Positions 23,300 to 37,369 of a stretch of 49,391 bases of DNA are shown here, one piece after another. The notes under the pieces were generated by a model that saw only the letters and a list, made by a program, of their open reading frames with translations, made no database searches and was not told where the DNA came from. Position numbers and translations under genes: made by a program. The stretch covers positions 525,073-574,463 of the forward strand of contig CM119270.1 of NCBI GenBank assembly GCA_051294375.1, in the 5' to 3' direction. How positions within the stretch are numbered: position 1 is the stretch's first letter; every line of letters starts with the position of its first letter. This stretch comes from Paraspadella gotoi. Its lineage: Eukaryota; Animalia; Chaetognatha.

Positions 23300-24281
23300 T
23301 TTTTCCGTTTTTCAATTTTTAGTTAAAAGAAACAAAATTATTTTTGGGGGGAAATTTTTTTTTCTTCCGTATTTTGGTACAAAAAGTAAAAAATTCAAAA
23401 ATGAAGGAAAAATACTGTTTATTTTTAAATTTAAATTAATTTTACGTTTGTGATAAAAATTAGGAAGTTTAAGCTTTTTGAAATAGTAGGTACAATTTTA
23501 GATGGATGATTGTACTTTGGATCTCGACATTACTAAAGTTGCGACTAAAGTAGCAGGAGTTGACAAAGTTTATCCCTCATAGGAATATCAATCTATCATT
23601 TATTAACAAAATTAGTAACGTTAATGTTTTTGTTTTGATTTTAAAATTTTAGGAAAAAAAAAGGACGAAATCAAACTGATAACATCCGTCAGACTTCACA
23701 GAAATTCACAGATAAATACATCACCTTTTTATTTTCACTTCTTCTTCCTCACAAGGTGAAAGTTCACAAAGTCACAGACTCTCTTCCCCTTTCTTTTCTC
23801 ACATTTTTTAAACACCCCCCCACCAGAGGCCTCACGCATCAACCTCACCATCTCTCACTTCACATCTTGTGATTCCATCACCGAAGACTCGATTCCTTTC
23901 CATTTCACCTTTTTAGTTTTCGACCAAATTTGATTCTCGCCTTCTTTCCTTTGGGAAAGATGTGAGGTGTGAGANNNNNNNNNNGATTAAGTACTTGTTA
24001 GAAACGAAGGCTGGCAGAGTGAGTGAATCCTTCTTTCTCACTAATCGTCACAAATATTACAATTTTAGGATTCACCAAAAAATTCAATTCACTCGCGAAT
24101 AAATTCAATTTGTTGCGGTTTCATTTTTTTGGTATTTTCTTTTTCCTCAAATTTACTCACGATTATCAGTTTTGTTTTTTTTTTTTAAATTTTAAATTTT
24201 ATTATTTTAATACTTTATTAAAACTTCTTATTGATAAAAGTCATTTTCTTACGCACTCGACAGACTTCGTCTTCCCTTCTT

Positions 24282-24345
<64 letters not shown>

Positions 24346-24712
24346 CTCTCCTATCTCTCGATGGGAAAATTTCTTCTCTCCGAACCTGGAGCCAAAAAAA
24401 GAAAATTTAGTTGATTTAATTTTTTTTCTTAAAAGATAAGGAAATTTCAATCGGACAATTATTTTTTTCTGAAGTGCGAAACGATAAAATAAAATTAAGT
24501 AAATCGAACAAAATTAAACAAAATAAAAAACTTCACAATGTCTTTCCATTGATATTTTTTTATCTGAAATCGGAATCTTTGAATTTTTCTTTCATTACAT
24601 AACAAAAAATATTTTTTCTCAAACTGTCAAACGAAATAAGATAACAATTACTAAATATTTTTAAAATATTTAAAAAACAAATTTGCAATCTCTCTTTTAA
24701 TTCTTTAAGTAG

Positions 24713-24802
24713 GAGAGAAAAAAGATAGAAATGTACGGACAGTTTACGGACAGTGAACGTGCACGTAAGAACTTAACAGGGTGGACCCACTCAGGTTATA
24801 CG
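24713..24802 (+). CDS. Candidate 90-nt internal exon
   Basis: TCTTTAAGTAG acceptor and ACG|GTGAGA donor; open phase-0 frame ERKKIEMYGQFTDSERARKNLTGWTHSGYT in AT-rich surroundings. Confidence 0.38.
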
Positions 24803-25043
24803 GTGAGAGTTTATACTTTTCTTTCAAATCATTCCATCGCAATTCAATTCAATTCAATTCAATTCAATTCTATTCAATTCAATTCAATTCAGTTCAATTC
24901 AATTCAATTCAATTCAATTCAATTCGGTGAGAGTTTATACTTTTCTTTCAAATCATTCCATTGCAATTCAATTCATTTCAATTCAATTCAATTCATTTCA
25001 ATTCAATTCATTTCAATTCAATTCATTTCAATTCAATTCAATT
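24801..25043 (+). repeat. Two tandem copies of a ~40-bp unique head plus (AATTC)n
   Basis: CGGTGAGAGTTTATACTTTT.CTTTCAAATCATTCCAT at 24801 and ~24925, each followed by a pentamer array. Confidence 0.88.
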
Positions 25044-25299
25044 CTCTTCCCTCCGGCCAAAGGAAAAACACCGACGTGATAATGAAGACAATCAAAGATT
25101 ATGTCGTCGTCGTCGTCGTCGTCGTCGTCGTCTTCAAAATCTTGAAAGGAAGTGTGGATTAGTTGTTGTTGTCGTCGTTGTTGTCGTCGTCTGCTTCAAA
25201 GGTCGAGAATGAGACGCGCGACTCTAAATCGCAGCTGACGAATTTCTGATCCACTCGAGTTATACTTAAACTCCCCCCTCGCCCTCCTTCCCTTGCTTA

Positions 25300-25630
25300 T
25301 TATAATTTTACTATATTCTTTAATTTTACTTTTACTATAATCTTAAAATCTACTTTTACTAAAATCTTAAAATCTACTTTTACTATAATCTTTAATTTTA
25401 GTTTTACTATAATCTTTAATTTTAGTTTTAATATAGTCTTTAATTTTAACTTTTACTATAATCTTTAATTTTACTTTTACTATAATCTTTAATTTTACTT
25501 TTACTATAATCTTTAATTTTACTTTTACTATAATCTTTAATTTTAGCTTTACTATAATCTTTAATTTTACTTTTACTATAATCTTTAATTTTAACTTTTA
25601 CTATAATCTTTAATTCTACTTTTACTAAAC
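25300..25630. repeat. 24-bp AT-rich minisatellite (TTTTACTATAATCTTTAATTTTAC)
   Basis: More than ten tandem units, decaying at both edges. Confidence 0.9.
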
Positions 25631-26045
25631 GCATGAATTTGACTTTTACTATCCCCTTACTATACTTTTACTTCCCACTTTATTTCTACTTTTACTATCT
25701 TCTTTAACTCTCATCTTACTATTTTCTTACTCTCCTTTTACTACCCTCTTTATCTCTCATTTCACTGTCCTTATACTGTTCTTTTAATAACCTCCTGTAC
25801 CCTGTTTTTAAATTCCTATGAGGTCATGAGGTCATGAGGTCATGAAAAGAGGTCAAATAATGACAAGGTAATGTCCTAAAAATGTCATTTCATTCAGAGG
25901 TCACGTCGAAATAAATTATCGACGTCGCGGTTGAATTAATAATGTTAAATGTTACCAATAGATTTTAAATTCGAAAATTACCAACATGATTTTGTTAGTT
26001 TCCTATTAAATAGGTAAGAGCAATATAAAAATTATTCATTGATTT

Positions 26046-26196
26046 AATAAATAAGCTATCTTGTCCCTGACTTTGGACAGGCTATTGTGGTTTAAGGCCT
26101 CCATCACTCTTACAAGATAATGACATAGCAGGTCTCTACAAGCTTTCAATCAAGACTCTCTCACAGTCTCGTTTATTCACTCCCAGAGTAACTGGC
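26046..26196 (+). repeat. Dispersed repeat family X, copy 1
   Basis: Shares GGTTTAAGGCCTCCATCACTCTTACAAGATAATGACATA and its flanks with 42101-42239. Confidence 0.8.
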
Positions 26197-26404
26197 CGAA
26201 TAAATAATACCGCAATACAAGTGACAAACGGGCTGTGTTACTTTTGCTTTGTTTTGGTAACAGTTGTTGACAAGCGAAGAATTCCTTTTTTCTTTAAATT
26301 TTCTTTTCTTTTCTTTTCTTTTCTTCTTTTCCTATCTTTCTGTTCGTTTCTTTTCTTTTTATATTTTCTTCTTTAATTTTTTCTTTTATAAAAAAATATT
26401 ATTT

Positions 26405-26640
26405 TGTTTCCTTTCCTCCCTTTTCCTCCCATTTCATTTTTTTCTTCTTTCCTTTCCTCCCCTTTTCTCCTTTTTTTTCTTCTTTCCTTTCCTCCCTTTT
26501 CCTCCTTTTCTTCTTTCCTTTCCTCCCTTTTCCTCCTTTTCTTCTTTCCTTTCCTCCCTTTTCCTCCCCTTTCCTCCTTTTCTTCTTTCCTTTCCTCCCT
26601 TTTTCTCCATTTTCGTCCAATTCCTCCAATTTTACTTCTT
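26405..26640. repeat. Polypyrimidine minisatellite (TTCTTCTTTCCTTTCCTCCC...)
   Basis: Recurrent C/T-only units. Confidence 0.75.
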
Positions 26641-26708
26641 TTCTCGTCTCCTCTTTTATTTTGACACTTTTCCTTCGTTCCTCCTATCAAGAAAAAGGCG
26701 CGATACTG

Positions 26709-26767
<59 letters not shown>

Positions 26768-27807
26768 TTCTCTCTCTCGTCCCCTTTTTCGCACTTTTTC
26801 TCTTCGGTCGTTTCTCTGGAAGAAGGAATGAAAAAAGGAAAGATAATAAACGGGGAGATTATGATAGGAAGGAAGGAAAGATAGATAGAAAGAATGAATG
26901 AATGAAAGAAAGAAAGAATGAAAGAGAAAAACAATCGAAAAGAAAGAAAGAATAAAAAATAAAGAAAGAATAAAGAAAGTAAGAAGCAAAAAAAGAAAAA
27001 CATAAAAAGAAAGAAAGATAATAATAATAAGAGAGAAAGAAAATCCCCGATAAAAATAAGAAAAAAAAAGTATATATGGGTTTTGCAAATATTATGGAGC
27101 GGTGAAAGCGATGGAGGGCAAGACAGAAAGTGGGACGAAAAAAAGAAAGAAAAAAAGAAAAGAAAGAAAAGAAAAAGAAAAATAAGAAAATAAAGAGGAT
27201 TAGAAAGGAGGTTGGAAACACGNNNNNNNNNNNNNNNNNNNNNNNNNAGAGAGAGAGAGAGAGAAGAAGAGAGAAGAGAGAGAGAAGAGATAAGAGAAGA
27301 CGAGAGAGAGAGAAAGAGAGAGAGATGAGAGAGTCTTTCTGGGGACAGTTTGGAAAATGAAGGAAAAAGGATGAATGAACATAAACTCAAATCTTAAGAA
27401 ACGAAAATGTTTAATTTTATAAAGTAAAGTGCATAATTGTATTATGCTAAAATACATATCATCTGTTGCTGATTGTCTGACCATTTGAAATTGCCTCATA
27501 TTGCAAATTATAGTCATTAAATAATAATGATAATCCAAGATAAGAAAAAAATTTAATATCACCTATAAATAATGTACATAACATAATACAATAATTGACT
27601 TAAACTCGCAATGGTTGACAATATTATCACTTTTTTGTTAATGTAGCAACATACTATAAATTCAAGAGTGAGAGTTCGACATCCAAATCATATAAAATGG
27701 CACCCACACAAAATTTTCTCACACAGAAGCAAAAGAAAAAAATATTTTTGGGTCAAAGATTTAAAAGGAAAAAAGGAGGAAACATCAAGCCGGAAAAGAA
27801 ATTCTGG

Positions 27808-27901
<94 letters not shown>

Positions 27902-28399
27902 AGAAAGAGAGAGAGAGAGAGAGAGTTTATATAAAAATGTCAGTCGAAAATGGAAACAATTTTGAATTTCAGAAAGCAAAATGGAAGAGAAAAAAAATTG
28001 ACCAAATCGGGAAAAAATATGATGAAAAAATTAGAGAAAAAAATATTTTTGTGAAAAAAAATCTGATCACCGAAAAAGAACATTTCAACAAAACGAAAAA
28101 AATCAACAAAAATACGTTCATTGTGTTTCACGAATCTTAGAGGGTCTAACATGCCCTCTCACGTTCACCCCTAGGGGCGCCACCCCTTTATCCCTCTCCC
28201 CTCCTTACTCCCCCCCCACCCATGGCGCGGCGCCCGTCTTAAGACCCTCTTGGCGTCGCGTACGCAAAGTCAAACAAAGAACAAACGAAGGAAAGGAACA
28301 AACGAACAAAAAAAACGACATGTGCTAAAAAAAAGAAAAATTTGTGAAGACGAAAGAACAAACAAGATAGAGGGAAAAAAACACTTTTTACAAATAGAA

Positions 28400-28461
<62 letters not shown>

Positions 28462-28510
28462 ATCTCTCTCTTGTGACAAGGATCATTGAATAAGCGTGGC
28501 TTTCTCTCTT

Positions 28511-28597
<87 letters not shown>

Positions 28598-28942
28598 GCG
28601 ATCGTTTCAAGATAATGATCCCTTGGGTGTACTTGGAAAAACATTGTAAAAATGTTGAGAAGTTTAAATTATTCTAAACCTCGAGTCATTATTTATATTT
28701 GTTTTTTTTAAGATTTAAAAACTCTCGAGAACATACAAATAGACAAAGTTATTAAACAAATGAACAAATTAACAAAAGTACTAAACAAGCATCGTTTCAG
28801 AATAAACATATTTCTAAGATAGGCCTAAGCAAATTTGAATGATGAATTATGCAACAATTCTGCGTTCAATGCGAGTTTGAAAAACAAAGGTTGTAGTCCT
28901 AGTTTCAAACCAGATGTAATAAAAAATGGTTGCTATTATTTC

Positions 28943-29296
28943 AAACAAGTTTGGAGCAAACAGTTCGAGATCTGCCTAAGATAATTAATTAATTAATTAA
29001 TTAATTAATTCATCGATTAAATAATTAATTAATTTAATAATTATAATTTATATTCAGCTTGTCATCATCGATGTCACTTTAAAAATTGAAGTCAGCGACA
29101 GTTATTAAATGTTTTTTTACATTTTATCAAAACAAAAACAAATAGTCCTCTATTTTATTTATGGTCTTCCTTCTCTCTCTCTCTCTCCTTCTACTCTCTT
29201 CTTCTCTCTCACTCTGTCTTCTCTCTCTCTCTCTCACTCTCTCTCTTTTCTCTCTCACTTCTGTCTCCTCTCTCTCTACTCTTTCTACTTCTCTCT

Positions 29297-29333
<37 letters not shown>

Positions 29334-30541
29334 ATGCAATTGCGGACGATCCTTATGGCTTTTAAGATTTTTTTTAAACTTTGCCATCATTTTTTCAACT
29401 TGCATATATTTTTTAACTTGCATTCCGTCAAAACTTTAATCTAGCTTCTTTCAACCTCACTTTCCTACGCTCACAAAATTTCATCTCAAATTCTATCATG
29501 GGTTAAAATAAATAAAAAAGATTCAATAAATGTGACTCATATTTTTCATGTTAAAACTCATTGCACCTGGGACGTTTCCACCGAACTTTATATCAAGGCT
29601 TCGTCACACATTTCTCCCACAGGCACAAGAGATTGTCAACTCAAAGCGTCATCCATCCAATTATGATTAATTTAGAGTATTTTATGTTAAAATAAGTAGA
29701 AAAGATTTTAGTAAATGCGACTTGAGTTTTTTCCATTTAAACTAATTCTCCACTCACACGATTCCATCGAAACTTTATATCCAGAGCTTGTATCACACAC
29801 TTCCTATCCACAACAAATTTTAATCTCCAATCCAACACAGCTCAATCACGAGTTATTGGAGCCTTTTTGCTAAGTGAGACGATGGACGGATTGATGACTA
29901 ATTAATTAATAATTTGATTAATTTATTTGACTAATTGATTAATTAACTGATTTAATTATTTGATTTATTAATTACATCCTGCATATACATTAATATAAAA
30001 GGAAAAAAGAAGCATATCAGATTAGTGAAACAGGTTTTGTTTGTTTTTTCCATTTATAAAACTCATTCCACTCAAACTATTCCATTCGAAACTAGACTTT
30101 CTGTTCAAACACAACACTTTCCTACCCACATTAAAAATTCCAGGTCAATCAGCCAATCCACTCATGAGTAAGGTGTGTTCAAATAGCTGAAATATAATTT
30201 TTTTTGTTTTCCATTTTAAACTCATTTCACTCGGACGATCCATCGAAACTTCATATTCCAGCTCCAATCACACACTTACCTATCCACACACAAAATTTTA
30301 TTCAAATCCACCATTCCCAACGACGAGTAATTGGTTTTTTGCTAAGCGCTGGGACGGACGGACGGACGACGGACGGACGAACGGACAATCATTTTTTGGC
30401 ATTAATTTATTCATAATTCGATGTTCTGACATGATATAAGTTTAGTGCCGCCACAAATATTGAGGTGGGCGGACCGACGGACCGACAAAAGTGAATTATA
30501 GAGTCGGGATCTGCTTGATAAGCAGATTCCGACTAAAAAAA
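28943..30541 (-). mobile_element. Helentron-associated non-autonomous element (HINE/DINE-1-like), copy 1
   Basis: On the minus strand: T-run, subterminal hairpin (30502-30534: AGTCGGGATCTGCTT-GAT-AAGCAGATTCCGACT), (GTCC)n microsatellite, internal subrepeats, then a second subTIR copy (28962-28975), stem-loop GTTTG-GAG-CAAAC (28949-28961) and TTGTTT end. Confidence 0.72.
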
Positions 30542-30907
30542 CATATGTCTTTAATAAAATCACCGTTTAAAATTCACTAAATACTCCCTCCTCTCTCTTT
30601 ACTTCTCTCTCTCTTCTCTCTCTCTCTCTCTCTCCTCTCTTTCTCTCTCTCTCCTCTCCATCCTTTTTCTGGTGGAGAATGGTCATCAAACTTTTAAACC
30701 AAGAAATATTTAATCTTTCCTATACTTCACAAATTATGTCGTGTTGCTTTGAAAAAAAAAAAAACAATGAGTTTCCTTCGTATTTCATTTTTTTGTTTTC
30801 TAGGGACAAACAAATTTCTCTCTCTCCCTCTTCTCTCTCTCTCTCTCTCTCTGCTCTTCTCTCTCTCTCTCTCTCTCTTCCTCTCTCCTCTCTCTCTATC
30901 TCTCTCT

Positions 30908-30942
<35 letters not shown>

Positions 30943-31488
30943 TTTTCTGGGACAGTTTTTGGAAAATGAAGGAAAAAGGATGAATGAACATAAACTCAAA
31001 TCTTAAGAAACGAAAATGTTTAATTTTATAAAGTAAAGTGCATAATGTGTATTATGCTAAAATACATATCATCTGTTGCTGATTGTCTGACCATTTGAAA
31101 TTGCCTCATATTGCAAATTATAGTCATAATAATAATGATAATCCAAGATAAGAAAAAAAATTTAATATCACCTATAAATAATGTACATATTACATAATAC
31201 AATAATTGACTTATAACTCGCAATGGTTGACAATATTATCACTTTTTTGTTAATGTAGCAACATTACTATAAATTCAAGAGTGAGAGTCGACATCCAAAT
31301 CATATAAAATGGCACCCACACAAAATTTTCTCACACAGAAGCAAAGAAAAAAAGATTTTTGGGGTCAAAGATTTAAAAGGAAAAAAGGAGGAAACATCAA
31401 CCGGAAGAAATTCTGAGAGAGAGAGAGAGAGAGAGAGAGAGANNNNNNNNNNNNNNNNNNNNNNNNNGAGATGGGGGGGAAGAGAGCA

Positions 31489-31522
<34 letters not shown>

Positions 31523-32024
31523 AGAGAAGAAGAAAGAGAGAGAGAGAGAGTTTTATAAAAATGTCAGTCGAAAATGGAAACCAATTTTGAATTTCAGAAT
31601 AAGAAATTGGAAGAGAAAAAAAATTCGACCAAATCGGGAAAAAATATGATGAAAAAATTAGAGAAAAAAATATTTTGTGAAAAAAATCTGATCACCGAAA
31701 AAAGAACATTTCACAAAACGAAAAATCACAAAAATACGTCATTTGTTTCACGAATCTTTAAGAGGGTCTACTGCCCTCTCACTTCACCCCTAGGGGCGCC
31801 ACCCCTTTATCCCTCTCCCCTCCTTACTCCCCCCCCACCCATGGCGCGGCGCCCGTCTTAAGACTCCCTCTTGGCGTCGCGTACGCAAAGTCAAAACAAA
31901 GGAACAAACGAAGGAAGGAACAAACGAACAAAACAAACGACATGTGCTAAAAAAAGAAAAAAATTGTTGAAGACGAAAGAACAAACAACGATAGAGGGAA
32001 AAAAAACACTTTTTACAAATAGAA

Positions 32025-32083
<59 letters not shown>

Positions 32084-32129
32084 CTCTCTCTTGTACAAGG
32101 ATCAATTGAATAAGCGTGGCTTCTCTCTT

Positions 32130-32179
<50 letters not shown>

Positions 32180-32574
32180 TTCTCTCTTCTCTCTCTCTTC
32201 TTCTCTCTCTCTCTCGCTAAATCGTTTCAAGGATAATGATCCCTTGGTGATAGTGACTTGGAAAAACATTGTAAAAATGATGTTGAGAGGTTTAAATTAT
32301 TCTAAAACTCGAGTCAATTTATTATTTGTTTTTTTTTAAGATTTAAAAACACTCTCAAGAACATACAAATAGACAAAGTTATTAAACAAATAACAAATTA
32401 ACAAAAGTACTAAACAAGCATCGTTTTCAGAATAAACATATTTCCTAAGATAGCGACTAGCAAATTTGAATGAGTGAATTATGCAACAATTCTGCGTTCA
32501 ATGCGATGTTTGAAAAACAAAGCGTTGTAGTTCCTAGTTTCAAACCAGATGTAATAAAAATGGTGCTATATTTC

Positions 32575-32912
32575 AAACAAGTTTGGAGCAAACAGTGTCG
32601 GGTCTGCCTAAGATAATTAATTAATTAATTAATTAATTTAAATCATCGATTAAATAATAATTATTAAGTTATAATAATTATAATTTATATTCAGCTTGTC
32701 ATCATCGACTGTCACTTTAAAATTGAGTCAGGACAGTTATTAAAATGTTTTTTACATTTTATCAAAACAAAACAAATATCTCTATTTTATTTTATGGTCT
32801 CCTTCTCTCTCTCTCTCTCTTACTCTCTCTCTTTCTCTCTCACTCTGTCTCTCTCTCTCTCTCTCTCATCTTCTCTCTCTCTTCTCTCTCTCCTCTGCTT
32901 CACTCTTCTCTC

Positions 32913-32960
<48 letters not shown>

Positions 32961-34170
32961 ATGCAATTGCGACGATCCTTATGGCTTTTAAGATTTTTTT
33001 TTAAAACTTTGCATCATTTTTTCAACTTGCATATTTTTTCTTAACTTGCATTCCGTCAAAATTTATATCTCGCTTCTTTCACTCACTTTCCTACGGCTCA
33101 CAAAATTTTCATCTCAAATTCTATTCATGGGTTAAAATAAATTAAAAAGATTCAAGATAAATGTGACTCATATATTTTCATGGTTAAACTCATTTGCACT
33201 GGACGTTTCCACCGAACTTTATATCAAGCTTCGTCACACATTTCTACCCACACACAAAGATTCAACTCGAAGAGACGTATCCATCCAATTATGATTAATT
33301 AGAGTAATTTATTGTTAAAATAATAGAAAAGATTTTAGTAAATGCGACTTGAGTTTTTTCCATTTAAACTAATTCTCCACCTCACACGATTCCATCGAAA
33401 CTTTATATCCAAGCTTGTATCACACACTTTCCTATCCACACACAAATTTTTAATTCCAATCCAACCAAGCAATCACGAGTTGATTGGAGCTTTTTGCTAA
33501 GTGAGACGATGGACGGATTGATGACTAATTAATTTAATAATTTGATTAATTTATTTGACTAATTGATTAATTAACTTATTTAATTATTTGATTTATTAAT
33601 TACATCCTGCATATACATTAATATAAAAGGAAAAAGAAGCATTAGTCATTAGTGAAACAGGTTTTTTTCGTTTTTTCCATTTAAAAACTCATTCCACTCA
33701 AACTATTCCATTCGAAACTAGATTTTTGTTCAAAACACACACTTTCCTACCCACATTAACAAAATTCCAGGTCAATCAGCCAATCCACTCATGAGTAAGT
33801 TGTGTTCAAATAGTGGAATATATTTTTTTTGTTTTCCATTTTAAAACTTCATTTCACTTCGGACGATCCATCGAACTTCATATTCCAGCTCCAATCACAC
33901 ACTTACCTATCCACACACAAAATTTTATTCAAAATCCATCCATTCCAACGACGGAGTAATTGGTGTTTTTGCTAAGGTGGGACGGACGGACGGAACGACG
34001 GACGGACGAACGGACAATCATTTTTTGCATTAATTTATTCATAATTCGATGTTCTTGACATGATATAAGTTTAGTGCGCCGCACAATATTGAGGGTGGCG
34101 GACCGACGGACCGACAAAAGTGAATTATAGAGTCGGCGATCTGCTTGATAAGCAGTTCCGACTAAAAAAA
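32575..34170 (-). mobile_element. HINE/DINE-1-like element, copy 2
   Basis: Same termini and internal structure as 28943-30541. Confidence 0.68.
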
Positions 34171-34969
34171 CATATGTCTTTAATAAATCACCGTTAAAAA
34201 TTCACTAATATATTTCCTTTCCTTCTCTTACTCTCTTCTCTCGTCTCGTCTCTCTCTCTCTCTTCTGCCTCTCTTCTCTCTCTCTGCTCGTCCATCCTTT
34301 TTCTGCGTGGAATGGTCATCAAACTTTTAAACAAGAAATATTTAATCGGTTCTATACTATCACAAATTATGTCGTTGCTTGTGAAAACAAAAAAAAAGAG
34401 CACAATGCGGCGTTCCAGGAAATAGTGAATATAAGGTTATTGACATTGTAAGAAGGTTCCTGATTGTAAAGAACGGGAGAGAGAGAGAGAGAGAGTTTTA
34501 TATAAAATGTCAGTCGAAAATGGAAACAATTTTGAATTTCAGAAAAGAAAATTGGAAGAGAAAAAAAATTCGACCAAATCGGGAAAAAAATATGATGAAA
34601 AAAATTAGAGAAAAAAATATTTTGTGAAAAAAAATCTGATCACCGAAAAAAGAACATTTCACAAAACGAAAAAATCACAAAAATACGTCATTTGTTTCAC
34701 GAATCTTTAAGAGGGTCTACTGCCCTCTCACTTCACCCCTAGGGGCGCCACCCCTTTATCCCTCTCCCCTCCTTACTCCCCCCCCCACCCATGGCGCGGC
34801 GCCCGTCTTAAGACTCCCTCTGGCGTCGCGTACGCAAAGTCAAACAAAGGAACAAACGAAGGAAAGGAACAAACGAACAAAAAAAACGACATGTGCTAAA
34901 AAAAAGAAAAAATTGTGAAGACGAAAGAACAAACAAGATAGAGGGAAAAAAACACTTTTACAAATAGAA

Positions 34970-35018
<49 letters not shown>

Positions 35019-35061
35019 CTCTCTCTTGTACAAGGATCATTGAATAAGCGTGCTTTCTCTT

Positions 35062-35113
<52 letters not shown>

Positions 35114-35501
35114 TCTCTCTCCTCTCTCTCTTTCTCTCTCTCTCTCGCGTATCGTTTCAAGGATAATGATTCCCTTGTGTTATATGTGTGTGACTTGGAA
35201 AACATTGTAAAAATGTTGAGAGGTTTAAATTATTCTAAACCTCGAGTCATTATTTATATTTGTTTTTTTTTAAGATTTAAAAACTCTCAGAACATACAAA
35301 TAGACAAAGTTATTAAACAAATGAACAAATTAACAAAGTACTAAACAAGCATCGTTTCAGAATAAACATATTTCCTAAGATAGCCTAGCAAATTTGAATG
35401 AGTGAATTATGCAACAATCTGGCGTTCAATGCGAGTTTGAAAAACAGAGGTTGTAGTCCTAGTTTCAAACCAGATGTAATAAAAATGGTAGCTATTATTT
35501 C

Positions 35502-35579
35502 AAACAAGTTTGAGCAAACAGTGTCGGATCTGCCTAAGATAATTAATTAATTAATTAATTAATTAATCGATTAAATAAT
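35502..35579 (-). mobile_element. HINE/DINE-1-like element, truncated by gap (3' terminus only)
   Basis: AAACAAGTTTGAGCAAACAGTGTCGGATCTGC followed by a 25-N gap. Confidence 0.55.
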
Positions 35580-37333
35580 NNNNNNNNNNNNNNNNNNNNN
35601 NNNNGGAGTTTTATTGAAGGATAGGAAGGAAAAAATAGAAGAAATGAATGAATGAATGAATTAAGAAAGAGCATTGAAGAGAAAATGAGCAAAAAACCAT
35701 TATCGAAAATAAAGAATAAAAAATAAAGAATAAAAAAGTAATAAAGAAAGTAAGAAGCCAAAAAAGAAAAAACATAAAAAAGATAAGAAAAGATATAATA
35801 TTTAAGAGGAAAAGAAATCCCCGGATAAAAAATAAGAAAAAAAAAAGGTATATATGGGTTTTTGCAAATTATTATTGGAGCGGTGAAAGCGATGGAGGGC
35901 AAGGACAGAAAGTGGGACGAGAAAAAGAAAGAGAAAAAAAGAAAGAAAAGAAAATTAGAAAAGGGGTGAGGAGGGGAAAGTAAAGAGGAGAGAATTAGAA
36001 AGGAGGTATTGGGAAAGAGCTGACGAGAGGCGAGAGAAGAGAGTAGAGAGGAAGAGAGACTGAGGGAGAGAGGAGAGAGTTAAGATGTATGACGAAGAGT
36101 AGAAGAGATGAAAGAGAGAGAGGATGGAGAGAGTTTCTCTGGTGGACATTTTTTTTGGATTAAATGAAGGAGAAAAAAGGAGATAATGAACAATAAACTC
36201 AAATCTTAAGAAACGAATAAAGTTTAATTTTTATAAAGTAAAGTGCATTAAATGTGTATGTATGCTAAAATACATATCATCTGTTGGCTGATTGTATTCT
36301 GCACCATTTGAAATTGCCTGGCATAATTGCAATAATTATAGTCATAATAAATAATGATAATCCAAGATAAAAGGAAAATAAATTTAAGTAATCACCTTAA
36401 AATAAGTACATATTACATAATGACCTAATAATGATCTTTTATATACTCGCAATGGTTGGACAATATTATCACTTTTTGTTAATGTAAGCAACATTACTAT
36501 AAATTCAAGAGTGAGAGGTCGACATCAAATTCATATAAAAGTGGCACCACAGCATAAATTTGTCTCACACAGAAGCAAAGAAAAAAAGATTTTTGGTGAT
36601 CCAAAGATTTAAAAGAGGAAAAAAGGGAGGAAACCATCAACCGGAAGAAATTCTGGAAGAGAGAGAGAGGGAGGGGAGACGCGGAGAGAGAGAGGAGAGA
36701 GAGAGAGAGAGTAAAAGAGAGAGAGAGGAGAGACGAGAAGAGACGAGAAGAAAGAGAGATGAGAGAGAGAGAAGAAAGAGAGAGAGTAGTTGAGAGAGTT
36801 TTATTATAAATGTCAGTGACAATTGGAAACTCATGATTTTGAATTTCATGGGAATAGAGAAATTGGAATTGAGAAAAAAAATTCGTACCAAATCGGAGAA
36901 AAAATATGATGAAATAAAATTAGAGAATAAAAATTTTGTGAAAAAGAAAAGCTGAATCACCGAAAAAAGAACATTTCACAAACGGAAAAAGTCATCAAAA
37001 ATACTAGTCCATTGTGTTTCACGGAATCTTTAAGAGGTCTACTGCCCTCTCACTTCACCCTAGGGGCGCCACCCCTATTATTCCCTCTCCCCTCCTTACT
37101 CCCCCCCCACCCATGTGCGCGGCGCCCCGTCTTAAGACTCCCTCTTGGCCGTTCGCTGTACGCAAAAGTCAAAACAAAGGAACAAACAAGGAAGGAGACA
37201 AACGAACGACAAAAAAAACGACATATTGCTAAAGATGAAAAGAAAAAAAAATTGTGAAGATACGTAAAGAAACAAAACATGATAGAGGGGAAAAAAACAC
37301 TTTTACAAATAGAAAAGCTCTCTCTCTCTCTCT

Positions 37334-37369
<36 letters not shown>

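Noticed and set aside
24731-25162. Continuous ORF with QFNSI pentapeptide repeats
   Set aside because: It is an (AATTC)n microsatellite downstream of a likely splice donor.
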